From an uncultured bacterium (lineage in GTDB: Bacteria > Verrucomicrobiota > Kiritimatiellia > RFP12 > UBA1067), in assembly GCA_902799955.1 (NCBI GenBank), contig CADCCQ010000009.1, forward strand, positions 3,066 to 67,065: 64,000 nt of DNA, in the 5' to 3' direction. Position 1 is the first letter of the stretch. Each line of letters opens with the position of its first letter. The position numbers were made by a program, and so were the translations under genes. A model generated the notes under the pieces. That model was not told where the DNA came from, ran no database searches, and saw only the letters and a list, made by a program, of their open reading frames with translations. This document shows positions 45,712 through 53,505 of this stretch, piece after piece.

Positions 45712-47592
45712 ATGGGAGAAGCACAGCAATACGACATCTTCATTTCGTACCGCCGCGAGGGCGGATATGATACGGCGCAGTTGCTGTACGACCGGCTGAC
45801 GCAGATGCGCTACCGCGTCTCGTTCGACCTGGAGACGTTGCGCGGCGGGAAGTTCAACACGCAGCTCTACCGGCGCATCGAGCAATGCTCCGACGTGCTT
45901 GTCATCATGAGCAGGGATTCTCTTAATCTTCGCGAGAACCAGGAGGACGACTGGTTCCGGCTGGAGATCGCCCATGCACTGAAGCACAAGAAGAACATCG
46001 TCCCAGTGTTCCTAAGGGACTTCAAGTTCCCGCAGAAAGGGGAGCTGCCCGAAGACATAGCCGACCTGGTGAACTATAACTTCAAGGCGAAGCCCCATCG
46101 GCGCAGGTGGCCTGTGGTCGCCGCAATCGCCGCTGCTCTTCTCATCGGTGCGGGAATCGGGGTTTGGTTGAAGTCCGACAAGATTTTCCCATATCCATTC
46201 ACGACAGAGCAGAAGAAACAGGTGGAATCGCTTGCGGCCAACATCATGCTAGTCGGCACTGCCTACAACGACTACCTGTCCGCAGAAAATGACCTGCTTG
46301 TGGCAGCTAGACTCAGTGTGGAGGCCGGAAGCCGGAAAGCGTTTGATGATGCGGCACCGACCTATCTGCATAGGCTGCGGAAAGCGCGAGACAGATTTGC
46401 TTCGGCGTTTACGGCGACTTCTGACTTCGCCAGGCATGTCAGCAACATGCCGATTGACTATGCGGGGATGCAGGTGTTTCTCGAGGGGTTGAAGCAGGAA
46501 CTCCAGCTTGCGGATGATGAGGTGCCGAGTCTGGAACGGGTATGCAACCCGGACTTCCCTTGCGAGAAAGCGGATAGGCTGCGGATGATCAACCACAAGC
46601 AAAAGGATTGGAAACTTCGGTCCGACCTGTTCTCCGTGTCGGTGATGGGAATATTCTGCAATATCGCCCCGGAGGCATTGACGGATTTCAAGAAGGTCGC
46701 GGGAGAATGGATTCACATCCGCCTTCTTCACGATCCATGGCTCCGCGATGAAAAGGAAATTGAGCGCAAAATGGAAGCGCTGTGCAATGAGTTGGCGGCT
46801 GTTGTGGGAGAGATGCAGACGATCCTCGGCAATCAGAATTCTGCACTTGCGAAAGAAACGCAGAAGTTCCGCCATGATATGGCGGAGATTGGCATGTCGT
46901 CCGATCAAGTTGAGAAGATGCTGGCAGCGGAGCGTACGCTTGCGGATATTAGGGGTCTCATTGATACGACGAAAAAACTGCCGGAACAAGAACTTGCCCT
47001 CTATAAGAAGCAATTGATCGAAGCTGGCATGACAGAGGCCCAGGCAGATTCGCTAGTGGGGAAGTTCCGAAAACTCGCCGAACAGAAGCTCGCGTTGTCG
47101 TCGGCGCAAGAACAACTGGCAGAGGCACATGACAGGCTCCGTGAGAAGTTCGCGCCGAGGGATGATGACGACATCGGGATCCTCTGGGGCAAGGCGTTGC
47201 GGTTCATGTCGGTTAATATGCCGGAGGAGGCGAAGCGGTGTTCCGATGTTCTGCGTCGGCGCAATACGCCGGATTTCCCGCCATCGGCGATTGACACGGC
47301 GGAGGCGATTATTCTGTCTAAAGGCGCGTTGCCGTTTGTGGGTGGTGTCTTGGTTTGCTCATACGAACCACCGGCTACGTCTCATGCGATATTCAAAATC
47401 GGAGACGTCATCACGGAAGTGAACGAGAAACCATGTCAGTATTTCGAGGATTACAGCAGCAAGACCGGCAACACCTACACGATATACCGTAGGAACGCAA
47501 AGGGCGAGTTTGACAAGCTGACGGCAACCATGCCCGAGAACCAGCCGCGCGTGGCTCTGGTGAATCTTACGGAGAAAGGCGACGGCAAGTAA
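45712..47592 (+). CDS. TIR-TM-coiled-coil-PDZ-like membrane protein (intact paralog)
   Basis: An RBS (ggaggg) lies 7 nt upstream of the ATG at 45712; the track start at 45697 is also possible. The order is TIR (YDIFISYRREGG, DDWFRLEIAHAL), basic patch KAKPHRRR, TM helix WPVVAAIAAALLIGAGIGVWL, a helical region of about 330 aa, then a PDZ-like end GDVITEVNEKPC. Confidence 0.75.
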   Translation: MGEAQQYDIFISYRREGGYDTAQLLYDRLTQMRYRVSFDLETLRGGKFNTQLYRRIEQCSDVLVIMSRDSLNLRENQEDDWFRLEIAHALKHKKNIVPVFLRDFKFPQKGELPEDIADLVNYNFKAKPHRRRWPVVAAIAAALLIGAGIGVWLKSDKIFPYPFTTEQKKQVESLAANIMLVGTAYNDYLSAENDLLVAARLSVEAGSRKAFDDAAPTYLHRLRKARDRFASAFTATSDFARHVSNMPIDYAGMQVFLEGLKQELQLADDEVPSLERVCNPDFPCEKADRLRMINHKQKDWKLRSDLFSVSVMGIFCNIAPEALTDFKKVAGEWIHIRLLHDPWLRDEKEIERKMEALCNELAAVVGEMQTILGNQNSALAKETQKFRHDMAEIGMSSDQVEKMLAAERTLADIRGLIDTTKKLPEQELALYKKQLIEAGMTEAQADSLVGKFRKLAEQKLALSSAQEQLAEAHDRLREKFAPRDDDDIGILWGKALRFMSVNMPEEAKRCSDVLRRRNTPDFPPSAIDTAEAIILSKGALPFVGGVLVCSYEPPATSHAIFKIGDVITEVNEKPCQYFEDYSSKTGNTYTIYRRNAKGEFDKLTATMPENQPRVALVNLTEKGDGK

Positions 47593-47627
47593 ATGGTACT
47601 TGAACACACAAAGAAAGGAACACGCAA

Positions 47628-47885
47628 ATGATGACTCAAAAGGAACTACATGATGAATTCTGGCTTCTGACGAAGAGCGTACTTCAGGACTCGCGGATAG
47701 ATGCCGCCGAGGCCACGGTGTTGAAGCGCTGGTTGGAGGAACATCAGCAAGGAGATGAGTTTGACTACTTGATCGGCAAGTTGTCTGAACTCCTCTCCGA
47801 CAAATATGTGGATCGCAATGAATCCAGGATTGTCGTTGATGCGCTCGGACGTGTCCTTGCGCAACTTCGCAGTCAACATGAATAG
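47628..47885 (+). CDS. Small helical hypothetical protein (85 aa), faint TerB-like pattern
   Basis: RBS (aaaggaa). DSRIDAAEATVLKRWL...DRNESRIVVDAL is reminiscent of TerB-type helical bundles, but this is weak. Confidence 0.35.
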   Translation: MMTQKELHDEFWLLTKSVLQDSRIDAAEATVLKRWLEEHQQGDEFDYLIGKLSELLSDKYVDRNESRIVVDALGRVLAQLRSQHE

Positions 47886-47999
47886 TCCACGTCGATTATC
47901 CATTGACAGTGGGGCGATAGGCCCTTTACTTGATTTGTTTGTCGTTGCATGGCAAACGCCCGTGAAAACGCGCAATCAACAATCAAGGAGAAGGGCGAG

Positions 48000-48521
48000 A
48001 TGAACGGCAGCGGCAATCTGAAGTCTGGTCGCATTGCGCTGCGCAGGTGGCGGGAGAGCGACGCGGACGCGCTGTTCGCGTTGGCGAGCGAACCGGTTGT
48101 GGGTGAGATGGCGAAGTTCCCTGTCCATGTCGACAGGGCCGAGAGCCTTCGCGTGATCCACGAGATATTCTGCCGGCCGGAGTTCTATGCTGTGACTTCG
48201 TCCGATGGCGATACCGTTCTAGGTTCCATCAGCCTGCATCCCGCCGTGAAGGGCTTGGACGTGTATGAGGCCGAGGAGCTCATCATTGGGTACTGGATGG
48301 GGAGGCCGTACTGGGGGAAGGGGTTCATGACGGAGGCCGTCAAAGCGCTTTGCGAGCGTTGCCGAAGCTCCGGGATGTTCTGGTGCAGGCGGATAATCGG
48401 CTACACAAACAGGGACAACGCGGGCTCGCGGCGCGTCATGGAGAAGGCGGGGTTTCGCCTTCTCGAGACGACGGACGCCGCGGTCCGGTATGCCTTTGAC
48501 GTCGTGGCAAAGGGCGTCTAG
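48000..48521 (+). CDS. GNAT-family N-acetyltransferase (RimJ/RimL-like)
   Basis: Start chosen at the ATG at 48000 behind the RBS aaggag. Motifs: [55 protein letters not shown]. Confidence 0.75.
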   Translation: MNGSGNLKSGRIALRRWRESDADALFALASEPVVGEMAKFPVHVDRAESLRVIHEIFCRPEFYAVTSSDGDTVLGSISLHPAVKGLDVYEAEELIIGYWMGRPYWGKGFMTEAVKALCERCRSSGMFWCRRIIGYTNRDNAGSRRVMEKAGFRLLETTDAAVRYAFDVVAKGV

Positions 48522-50134
48522 GCCCTGCCGACGGCCTTGCGGTAGCGGGCGATGAGCTGGTTCGTCGAGGAGTCGTGCTTCAGCGACGGCTTCTTCGCGA
48601 CGAGGTCGGAGAGGACCCCCTTCGCCAGCACCTTGCCGAGCTGCACACCCCACTGGTCGTAGCTGTAGACGTTCCAGATCACGCCCTGCACGAACACCTT
48701 GTGCTCGTAGAGCGCGACGAGCGCGCCCAGGGTCTCCGGCGTCAGCTTGTCGCAGAGGAGCGTGTTCGTCGGGCGGTTGCCCTCGAACGTCTTGAAGGGG
48801 ATCAGCTTCTCCGGCTCTCCCTCCTTCCGGCATTCCTCGGCGGTCTTTCCGAAGGCCAGCGCCTCGGTCTGCGCGAAGAGGTTCGCCATCAGCTTGTCGT
48901 GGAGGTCGCCGATCGGGTTGTGCGTGTTCGAGCACCCGATGAAGTCGCACGGGATGAGGTGCGTCCCCTGGTGGATGAGCTGGTAGAAGGAGTGCTGCCC
49001 GTTCGTGCCCGGCTCGCCCCACTCGATGGGCCCGGTGGAGTAGGTGACGGGGTTGCCGTCCTTGTCCACGCTCTTGCCGTTTGACTCCATGTCCATCTGC
49101 TGGCAGTACGCCGGGAAGCGCGAGAGGTACTGGTCGTACGGGAGGATGCAGTAGCTCTCCGCGCCGTACCCGTTGACGTAGAGGATGCCGAGGAGCGCGA
49201 GGACGACCGGCATGTTGCGCTCGAAGCGCGCGGTGCGGAAGTGGCGGTCCATCTTGTAGTAGCCGCGGAGGAGCCTCTTGTAGTTGTTCCTTCCGATGGC
49301 GATCATCAGGGAGAGCCCGATGGCGGACGGGAGCGAGTACCTGCCGCCGACCCAGTCCCAGAACCCGAACATGTTCTTCGTGTCGATCCCGAACGCGGCG
49401 ACCTCCTTCTCCGCGGTGGAGACGGCGACGAAGTGCTTCGCGACGGCCTTGGCGCTGCCGAGCTTCTCGACGAGCCAGTCCCTGGCGGCGCCGGCGTTGG
49501 ACATCGTCTCCTGGGTCGTGAAGGTCTTGGATGCGACGATGAAGAGCGTCTGCTCGGCCTTCACCTCGCGCAGGGTCTCGGCGAGGTGGGTGGAGTCGAC
49601 GTTCGAGACGAAGAAGAACTTCATGCTGCGCTTCGAGTACGGTGTGAGCGCGATGTTCGCCATGACGGGGCCGAGGTCGGAGCCGCCGATGCCGATGTTG
49701 ACGACGTACTTGATGCGCTTGCCGGTGAATCCCTTCCATTCGCCGCGCCTGACCTTGTCGGAGAAGTCGCCCATCGCCGCGAGGACCTTCCTGACGCCGG
49801 GCATGACGTCCTTGCCGTCGACCTTGACCTTCGCCTTGGGGTCCATGTTGCGCAGGGCCGTGTGAAGCACCGCGCGCCCCTCGGTGGCGTTGATCTTCTT
49901 GCCGGTGAACATCTTCTCGATCTCGTCCTTGAGGCCCGCGCTTTCCGCGAGCTTCACGAGGGCCTTCATCATCTTGGCGTCTATGAGGTTCTTAGAGTAG
50001 TCGAGGAACCACCCCGCCGCCTCGATCGAGAACCTTGACGCGCGGTCGGGATCCTCCGCGAAGTATTCCCTAAGGGTCTTTCCCTGGCTCCTGTCGATGA
50101 GTTCGTCGACCTTTGCCCATGCCTGTGCGTTCAT
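48518..50134 (-). CDS. pgi: Glucose-6-phosphate isomerase
   Basis: 538 aa with blocks [37 protein letters not shown] and [15 protein letters not shown]. Confidence 0.9.
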   Translation of the reverse strand: MNAQAWAKVDELIDRSQGKTLREYFAEDPDRASRFSIEAAGWFLDYSKNLIDAKMMKALVKLAESAGLKDEIEKMFTGKKINATEGRAVLHTALRNMDPKAKVKVDGKDVMPGVRKVLAAMGDFSDKVRRGEWKGFTGKRIKYVVNIGIGGSDLGPVMANIALTPYSKRSMKFFFVSNVDSTHLAETLREVKAEQTLFIVASKTFTTQETMSNAGAARDWLVEKLGSAKAVAKHFVAVSTAEKEVAAFGIDTKNMFGFWDWVGGRYSLPSAIGLSLMIAIGRNNYKRLLRGYYKMDRHFRTARFERNMPVVLALLGILYVNGYGAESYCILPYDQYLSRFPAYCQQMDMESNGKSVDKDGNPVTYSTGPIEWGEPGTNGQHSFYQLIHQGTHLIPCDFIGCSNTHNPIGDLHDKLMANLFAQTEALAFGKTAEECRKEGEPEKLIPFKTFEGNRPTNTLLCDKLTPETLGALVALYEHKVFVQGVIWNVYSYDQWGVQLGKVLAKGVLSDLVAKKPSLKHDSSTNQLIARYRKAVGRA

Positions 50135-50178
50135 TTTCTTTGTTTCCTTTCTTTTGGCTTTCAGCTTATGGCTTTCAA

Positions 50179-50227
50179 CTTTACACTTTACACTTTACAT
50201 TTTACACTTTACACTTTACATTTTACA
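50179..50227. repeat. Seven tandem heptamers (CTTTACA x5, TTTTACA x2) between argS and pgi
   Basis: Read directly from the sequence: ctttaca ctttaca ctttaca ttttaca ctttaca ctttaca ttttaca. These are preceded by two GGCTTTCA copies at 50156 and 50170. The nearest heptamer is 45 nt, and the GGCTTTCA copy at 50156 is 22 nt, upstream of the pgi start codon (minus strand). Confidence 0.9.
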
Positions 50228-50235
50228 CTCGCTCC

Positions 50236-51906
50236 TCATATCCTGCGCGGCGCCTCGATGCCGAGGAGCCCCAGGCCCTCCTTCAGGATGCGCCCGAAGA
50301 GGGAGACCAGCGCGAGGCGCGAGGCGCGCTCGGCGGCGTCCGCCTTCAGCACCGGCGTGCTCTGGTAGAAGCTGGAGTAGATCTGCGAGGTCTGGAAGAG
50401 GTAGTCGGCGAGGACGCTCGGCTTGTACGCCTCGGCGGCGCGCACGACGGCGCCCGGGAACTCCAGGAGTTGCAGGGCGAGGCGGCGCTCGGCGGGCGTG
50501 GAGGGCGCGAACGCGCCGGGCGCGGCGCCCTCCGCCGCGGCCTTGTCCATGAGGGAACAGACGCGCGCGTGCGCGTACTGGAGGTACGGCCCGGAGTTGC
50601 CCTCCAGGGCGAGCGCCTTGTCCCAGCTGAAGTCGATGGCCGTCGCGGGGTCGTGCGAGAGGTCGGTGTACTTGACCGCGCCGTAGCCGATCTGCTCGGC
50701 GAGCCTTTCGTCGCCGCCGCGGTCCTTCACGATGTCGAGCGCGCGGCGCTTTGCCTCGGCGAGGAGGTCGTCGAGGCGGATGAGGTTGCCCTCGCGCGTG
50801 GATATCGCCTTGCCCTGGAAGCTCATGAGCCCGAAGGGGACGTGGACAAGCGCGGCGGTGACGCCCATCTTGCGGGCGATGGAGAAGAACTGCCTGAAGT
50901 GGAGCTGCTGGCGGTCGTCGGTGACGTAGACGATGCGCTCGGGCGCGTACTCGGCCACGCGGCTCTCGACGCACGCGAGGTCGCTCGTGGTGTAGTTGTA
51001 GCCGCCGTCGGACTTCCTGACGATCGCGACGCCGAGCTTCTCGTCCTCGAGCTTCACGACGAGCGCGCCCTCGCTCTCCTCCGCGAGGCCGGCCTTGACG
51101 AGGCGCTCGACCACGCCGGGCATCATGTCGTTGTAGTACGACTCGCCGCGGTAGGTGTCGAACTTCACGCCGAGCTTCGCGTACATGCGCTCGAACTCGC
51201 CGATGGATATGTCGATGAAGCGCCTCCAGAGCGCGAGGTTCTCCGCGTCGCCCTGCTGGAGCTTCACGAGCTCGGCGCGGCACGCGTCCTTCCACGCGCC
51301 GTCCTCCTCCTTCGCCTTCGCGGCGGAGAGGACATAGCACTTCTCCAGGCTGGCGACGGTGAGGTTCTCGCGCTCGGCGCTCGTCAGGCACTCGCGGTAG
51401 CCCTTGATGAGGATGCCGAACTGCGTGCCCCAGTCGCCGAGGTGGTTGTCCGCGACGACGTCGTATCCGAGGGCGCGGAAGATCCTGTCGATGGCGTTGC
51501 CGATGACGGTCGAGCGGATGTGACCGATGTGCATCTGCTTGGCGGCGTTGGGCGAGGAGTAGTCGATGACTATCCTCTTGCCGGCGCCGGACTGCGGGAT
51601 GCCGCACTTCGGCGCGGCGTCGAGCGCGGCGAGGCTCGACGCGAGCCACGAGGCGGAGACGGTGAGGTTGAGGAAGCCGGGCCCGGCGACCTCCACCTTG
51701 TCGAAGAGCGCCCTGTCGAGGGCGTCCGCAACGCGCTGCGCGGCGTCCCTCGGCTTCATGCCGGCCTTCTTCGCGATCTTCAGCGCGTCGTTGCACTGGT
51801 AGTCGCCAAACCTCGGGTCGGTCGCGGGCACGACCCTCGCGGAGGGGGCCTCCACGCCGGGGAACGCGCTTGCGAACGCCGCATTTACCGTTTCGTCTAG
51901 TGTCAT
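50236..51906 (-). CDS. argS: Arginine--tRNA ligase
   Basis: 556 aa with the HIGH-type motif NAAKQMHIGHIRSTVIGN and a DALR-type anticodon-binding C-terminus. Confidence 0.9.
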   Translation of the reverse strand: MTLDETVNAAFASAFPGVEAPSARVVPATDPRFGDYQCNDALKIAKKAGMKPRDAAQRVADALDRALFDKVEVAGPGFLNLTVSASWLASSLAALDAAPKCGIPQSGAGKRIVIDYSSPNAAKQMHIGHIRSTVIGNAIDRIFRALGYDVVADNHLGDWGTQFGILIKGYRECLTSAERENLTVASLEKCYVLSAAKAKEEDGAWKDACRAELVKLQQGDAENLALWRRFIDISIGEFERMYAKLGVKFDTYRGESYYNDMMPGVVERLVKAGLAEESEGALVVKLEDEKLGVAIVRKSDGGYNYTTSDLACVESRVAEYAPERIVYVTDDRQQLHFRQFFSIARKMGVTAALVHVPFGLMSFQGKAISTREGNLIRLDDLLAEAKRRALDIVKDRGGDERLAEQIGYGAVKYTDLSHDPATAIDFSWDKALALEGNSGPYLQYAHARVCSLMDKAAAEGAAPGAFAPSTPAERRLALQLLEFPGAVVRAAEAYKPSVLADYLFQTSQIYSSFYQSTPVLKADAAERASRLALVSLFGRILKEGLGLLGIEAPRRI

Positions 51907-51967
51907 TTTCTCGTAGCCTCTTTTCTTTTGTAGGGCGCATATTATACCAAATTTTCCGCGTCTAGTG

Positions 51968-51996
51968 TTGACTGAAAGAGATTTTTAGAGTATAAT
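51968..51996 (+). promoter_or_regulatory. Canonical sigma70-type promoter (TTGACT-17 nt-TATAAT) upstream of the sugar transporter/galK genes
   Basis: The sequence is ttgactgaaagagatttttagagtataat. An RBS (aaaaggaga) lies at 52011-52019 and the ATG at 52025. Confidence 0.5.
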
Positions 51997-52024
51997 TTAT
52001 GGAAACCTAAAAAAGGAGAACTCT

Positions 52025-53446
52025 ATGAATACACAAGAAAAGGGCGGCACCAACTGGGTTGCCGTGATAACGATGATGTTCATCTACGGCATGATTTCGT
52101 TCGTGACGAATCTAGCCGCGCCAATGGGCAAGGTCTGGCTCCTGCAGAAGGGCATAGACGGCTCGACCACGCTTGGCATGATGGGCAACATGATGAACTT
52201 CGCCGCGTACCTCTTCATGGGGATCCCGGCCGGCAAGATGCTCGTCAAGTGCGGCTACAAGAAGACGGCGATGATCGGCATCGCGACCGGCTTCGTCGGC
52301 GTGGCCATCCAGTTCCTCTCGGGCAAGGTGCCGTTCGCGGCGGACGGCAACGCGATCGTCCCGTTCTGCGTGTACCTCTTCGGCGCGTTCGTCTGCGGCT
52401 TCGCGGTGTGCATGCTCAACATGGTGGTGAACCCGATGCTCAACCTGCTGGGCGGCGGCGGCAACCGCGGCAACCAGCTCAACATGATCGGCACGACGTT
52501 CAACTCGCTGTGCGCGACCGCGACGCCCGTCCTCGTCGGCGCGCTCATCGGCCAGATCACCAAGACGACGAAGGTCGCGGACGTCAACCTCGTGATGTAC
52601 ATCGCGATGACCGTCTTCGCGGCGGCGTTCGTGATCCTCTCGTTCATCCCGATCGCGAACCCCGAGCAGGGCCAGACGACCGAGGACATCCCGGTCTTCG
52701 CCCCGCTGAAGTTCCGCCACTGCCTGCTCGGCGTCATCGGCATCTTCATGTACGTCGGCATCGAGATCGGCATCCCCGCCACGATGGACCTCTGGCTCTC
52801 GTCCAAGGGCGGCCCGCTCATGAACTCCTCCGACCCCAAGATCGTCGCCAGCGCCGCGACCATCGGCGGGCTCATGGCCGGCTCCTACTGGTTCCTGATG
52901 CTCGTCGGGCGCACCATCGGCGCGTTCATCGGCGGCAAGATCTCCTCGCGTGTCCTCATGACGTTCACGACGTTCGTCGCCATCTGCCTTATCGTCGCCG
53001 GCACGATGACCACCGGCGTCCAGTCGAAGATGTTCGTCCTCGACTTCTTCCACAAGCTTAGCGACAAGGGGCCGGTCATCCAGATCGTCAACGTCCCGCT
53101 CACCGCGGTCCTCTTCGCGATCTGCGGCCTGATGACCTCGATCATGTGGCCCTCGACGTTCAACCTCGCGACCGAGAAGCTCGGCAAGTACACCGCCGCG
53201 GCGTCCGGCCTCTTCATGGTGATGGTCGTCGGCGGCGGCATCCTCCCGCTCCTCCAGAGCACCCTCGCCGGCGCGGCGGGCGGCAAGATCGCGGCCGACG
53301 TCGTCGTCACCGCCGAGGCCGCGTCGAAGTGCACTTCCGCGTTCATGTGGTCGTACATCGTCCCGGGCGTCGCGCTCGCGTACCTCTTCGTCTACTCGGC
53401 GTTCCTCTCGAAGCCGCCGGCGGACATCGACGAGCAGGTGAAGTGA
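52025..53446 (+). CDS. MFS sugar transporter of the FucP/GluP (fucose or glucose/galactose:H+ symporter) type
   Basis: 12-TM MFS layout with a FucP/GluP-like N-terminus (WVAVITMMFIYGMISFVTNLAAPMG). It sits immediately upstream of galK. Confidence 0.7.
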   Translation: MNTQEKGGTNWVAVITMMFIYGMISFVTNLAAPMGKVWLLQKGIDGSTTLGMMGNMMNFAAYLFMGIPAGKMLVKCGYKKTAMIGIATGFVGVAIQFLSGKVPFAADGNAIVPFCVYLFGAFVCGFAVCMLNMVVNPMLNLLGGGGNRGNQLNMIGTTFNSLCATATPVLVGALIGQITKTTKVADVNLVMYIAMTVFAAAFVILSFIPIANPEQGQTTEDIPVFAPLKFRHCLLGVIGIFMYVGIEIGIPATMDLWLSSKGGPLMNSSDPKIVASAATIGGLMAGSYWFLMLVGRTIGAFIGGKISSRVLMTFTTFVAICLIVAGTMTTGVQSKMFVLDFFHKLSDKGPVIQIVNVPLTAVLFAICGLMTSIMWPSTFNLATEKLGKYTAAASGLFMVMVVGGGILPLLQSTLAGAAGGKIAADVVVTAEAASKCTSAFMWSYIVPGVALAYLFVYSAFLSKPPADIDEQVK

Positions 53447-53505
53447 GAGGAGAGCTTGGAGCTAAGAGCTAAGAGAAAAACATCAAACTGAAAGGAATGT
53501 TTAAT

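Noticed and set aside
20606-47013. Assorted 100-330-aa minus-strand ORFs inside the island (for example 20850..21419, 27727..28446, 28816..29817, 35956..36678, 39931..40572 and 46249..47013)
   Set aside because: Each lies entirely within a plus-strand gene that has recognisable domains. None has an RBS or motif that I could identify.
37653-47592. Assigning the TIR genes to Thoeris, CBASS/Pycsar, SPARTA or TIR-NLR systems
   Set aside because: The window contains no ThsA-like (SIR2, Macro or SLOG) gene, nucleotide cyclase, SAVED domain, Argonaute or STAND NTPase. The only ATPase is an AAA_14/DUF4143 type, which is widespread and not diagnostic.
19770-47999. Calling the island a prophage or an integrative/conjugative element
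   Set aside because: I recognised no integrase, transposase, phage structural, relaxase or type IV secretion genes. There is no flanking tRNA and I found no convincing att-like repeats by eye.
48518-48521. Overlap of the convergent GNAT and pgi stop codons in the palindrome CTAG
   Set aside because: The overlap is real but trivial. It only indicates the absence of an intergenic terminator, and I can propose no further functional implication.
48219-49739. 506-aa minus-strand ORF in an alternative frame over pgi
   Set aside because: The pgi frame (48518..50134) carries all the isomerase motifs. The alternative frame is Arg/Pro/Gly-rich nonsense.
50179-50227. Possibility that the heptamer array is a CRISPR or a coding repeat
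   Set aside because: The units are 7 bp long and contiguous with no spacers. The array lies in a 101-nt intergenic spacer. The track ORFs that read through it (LHFTLYIL...) are artefacts.
50113-51940. 595-aa plus-strand ORF and 574-aa minus-strand alternative-frame ORF over argS
   Set aside because: Only the frame 50236..51906 (minus strand) shows the HIGH motif and an ArgRS-like sequence. The others are shadow ORFs.
52112-53053. 313-aa minus-strand ORF and 270-aa plus-strand alternative frame over the FucP/GluP-like transporter gene
   Set aside because: These are charged Arg/Asp/His-rich translations without motifs. The transporter frame has a regular TM-helix pattern.
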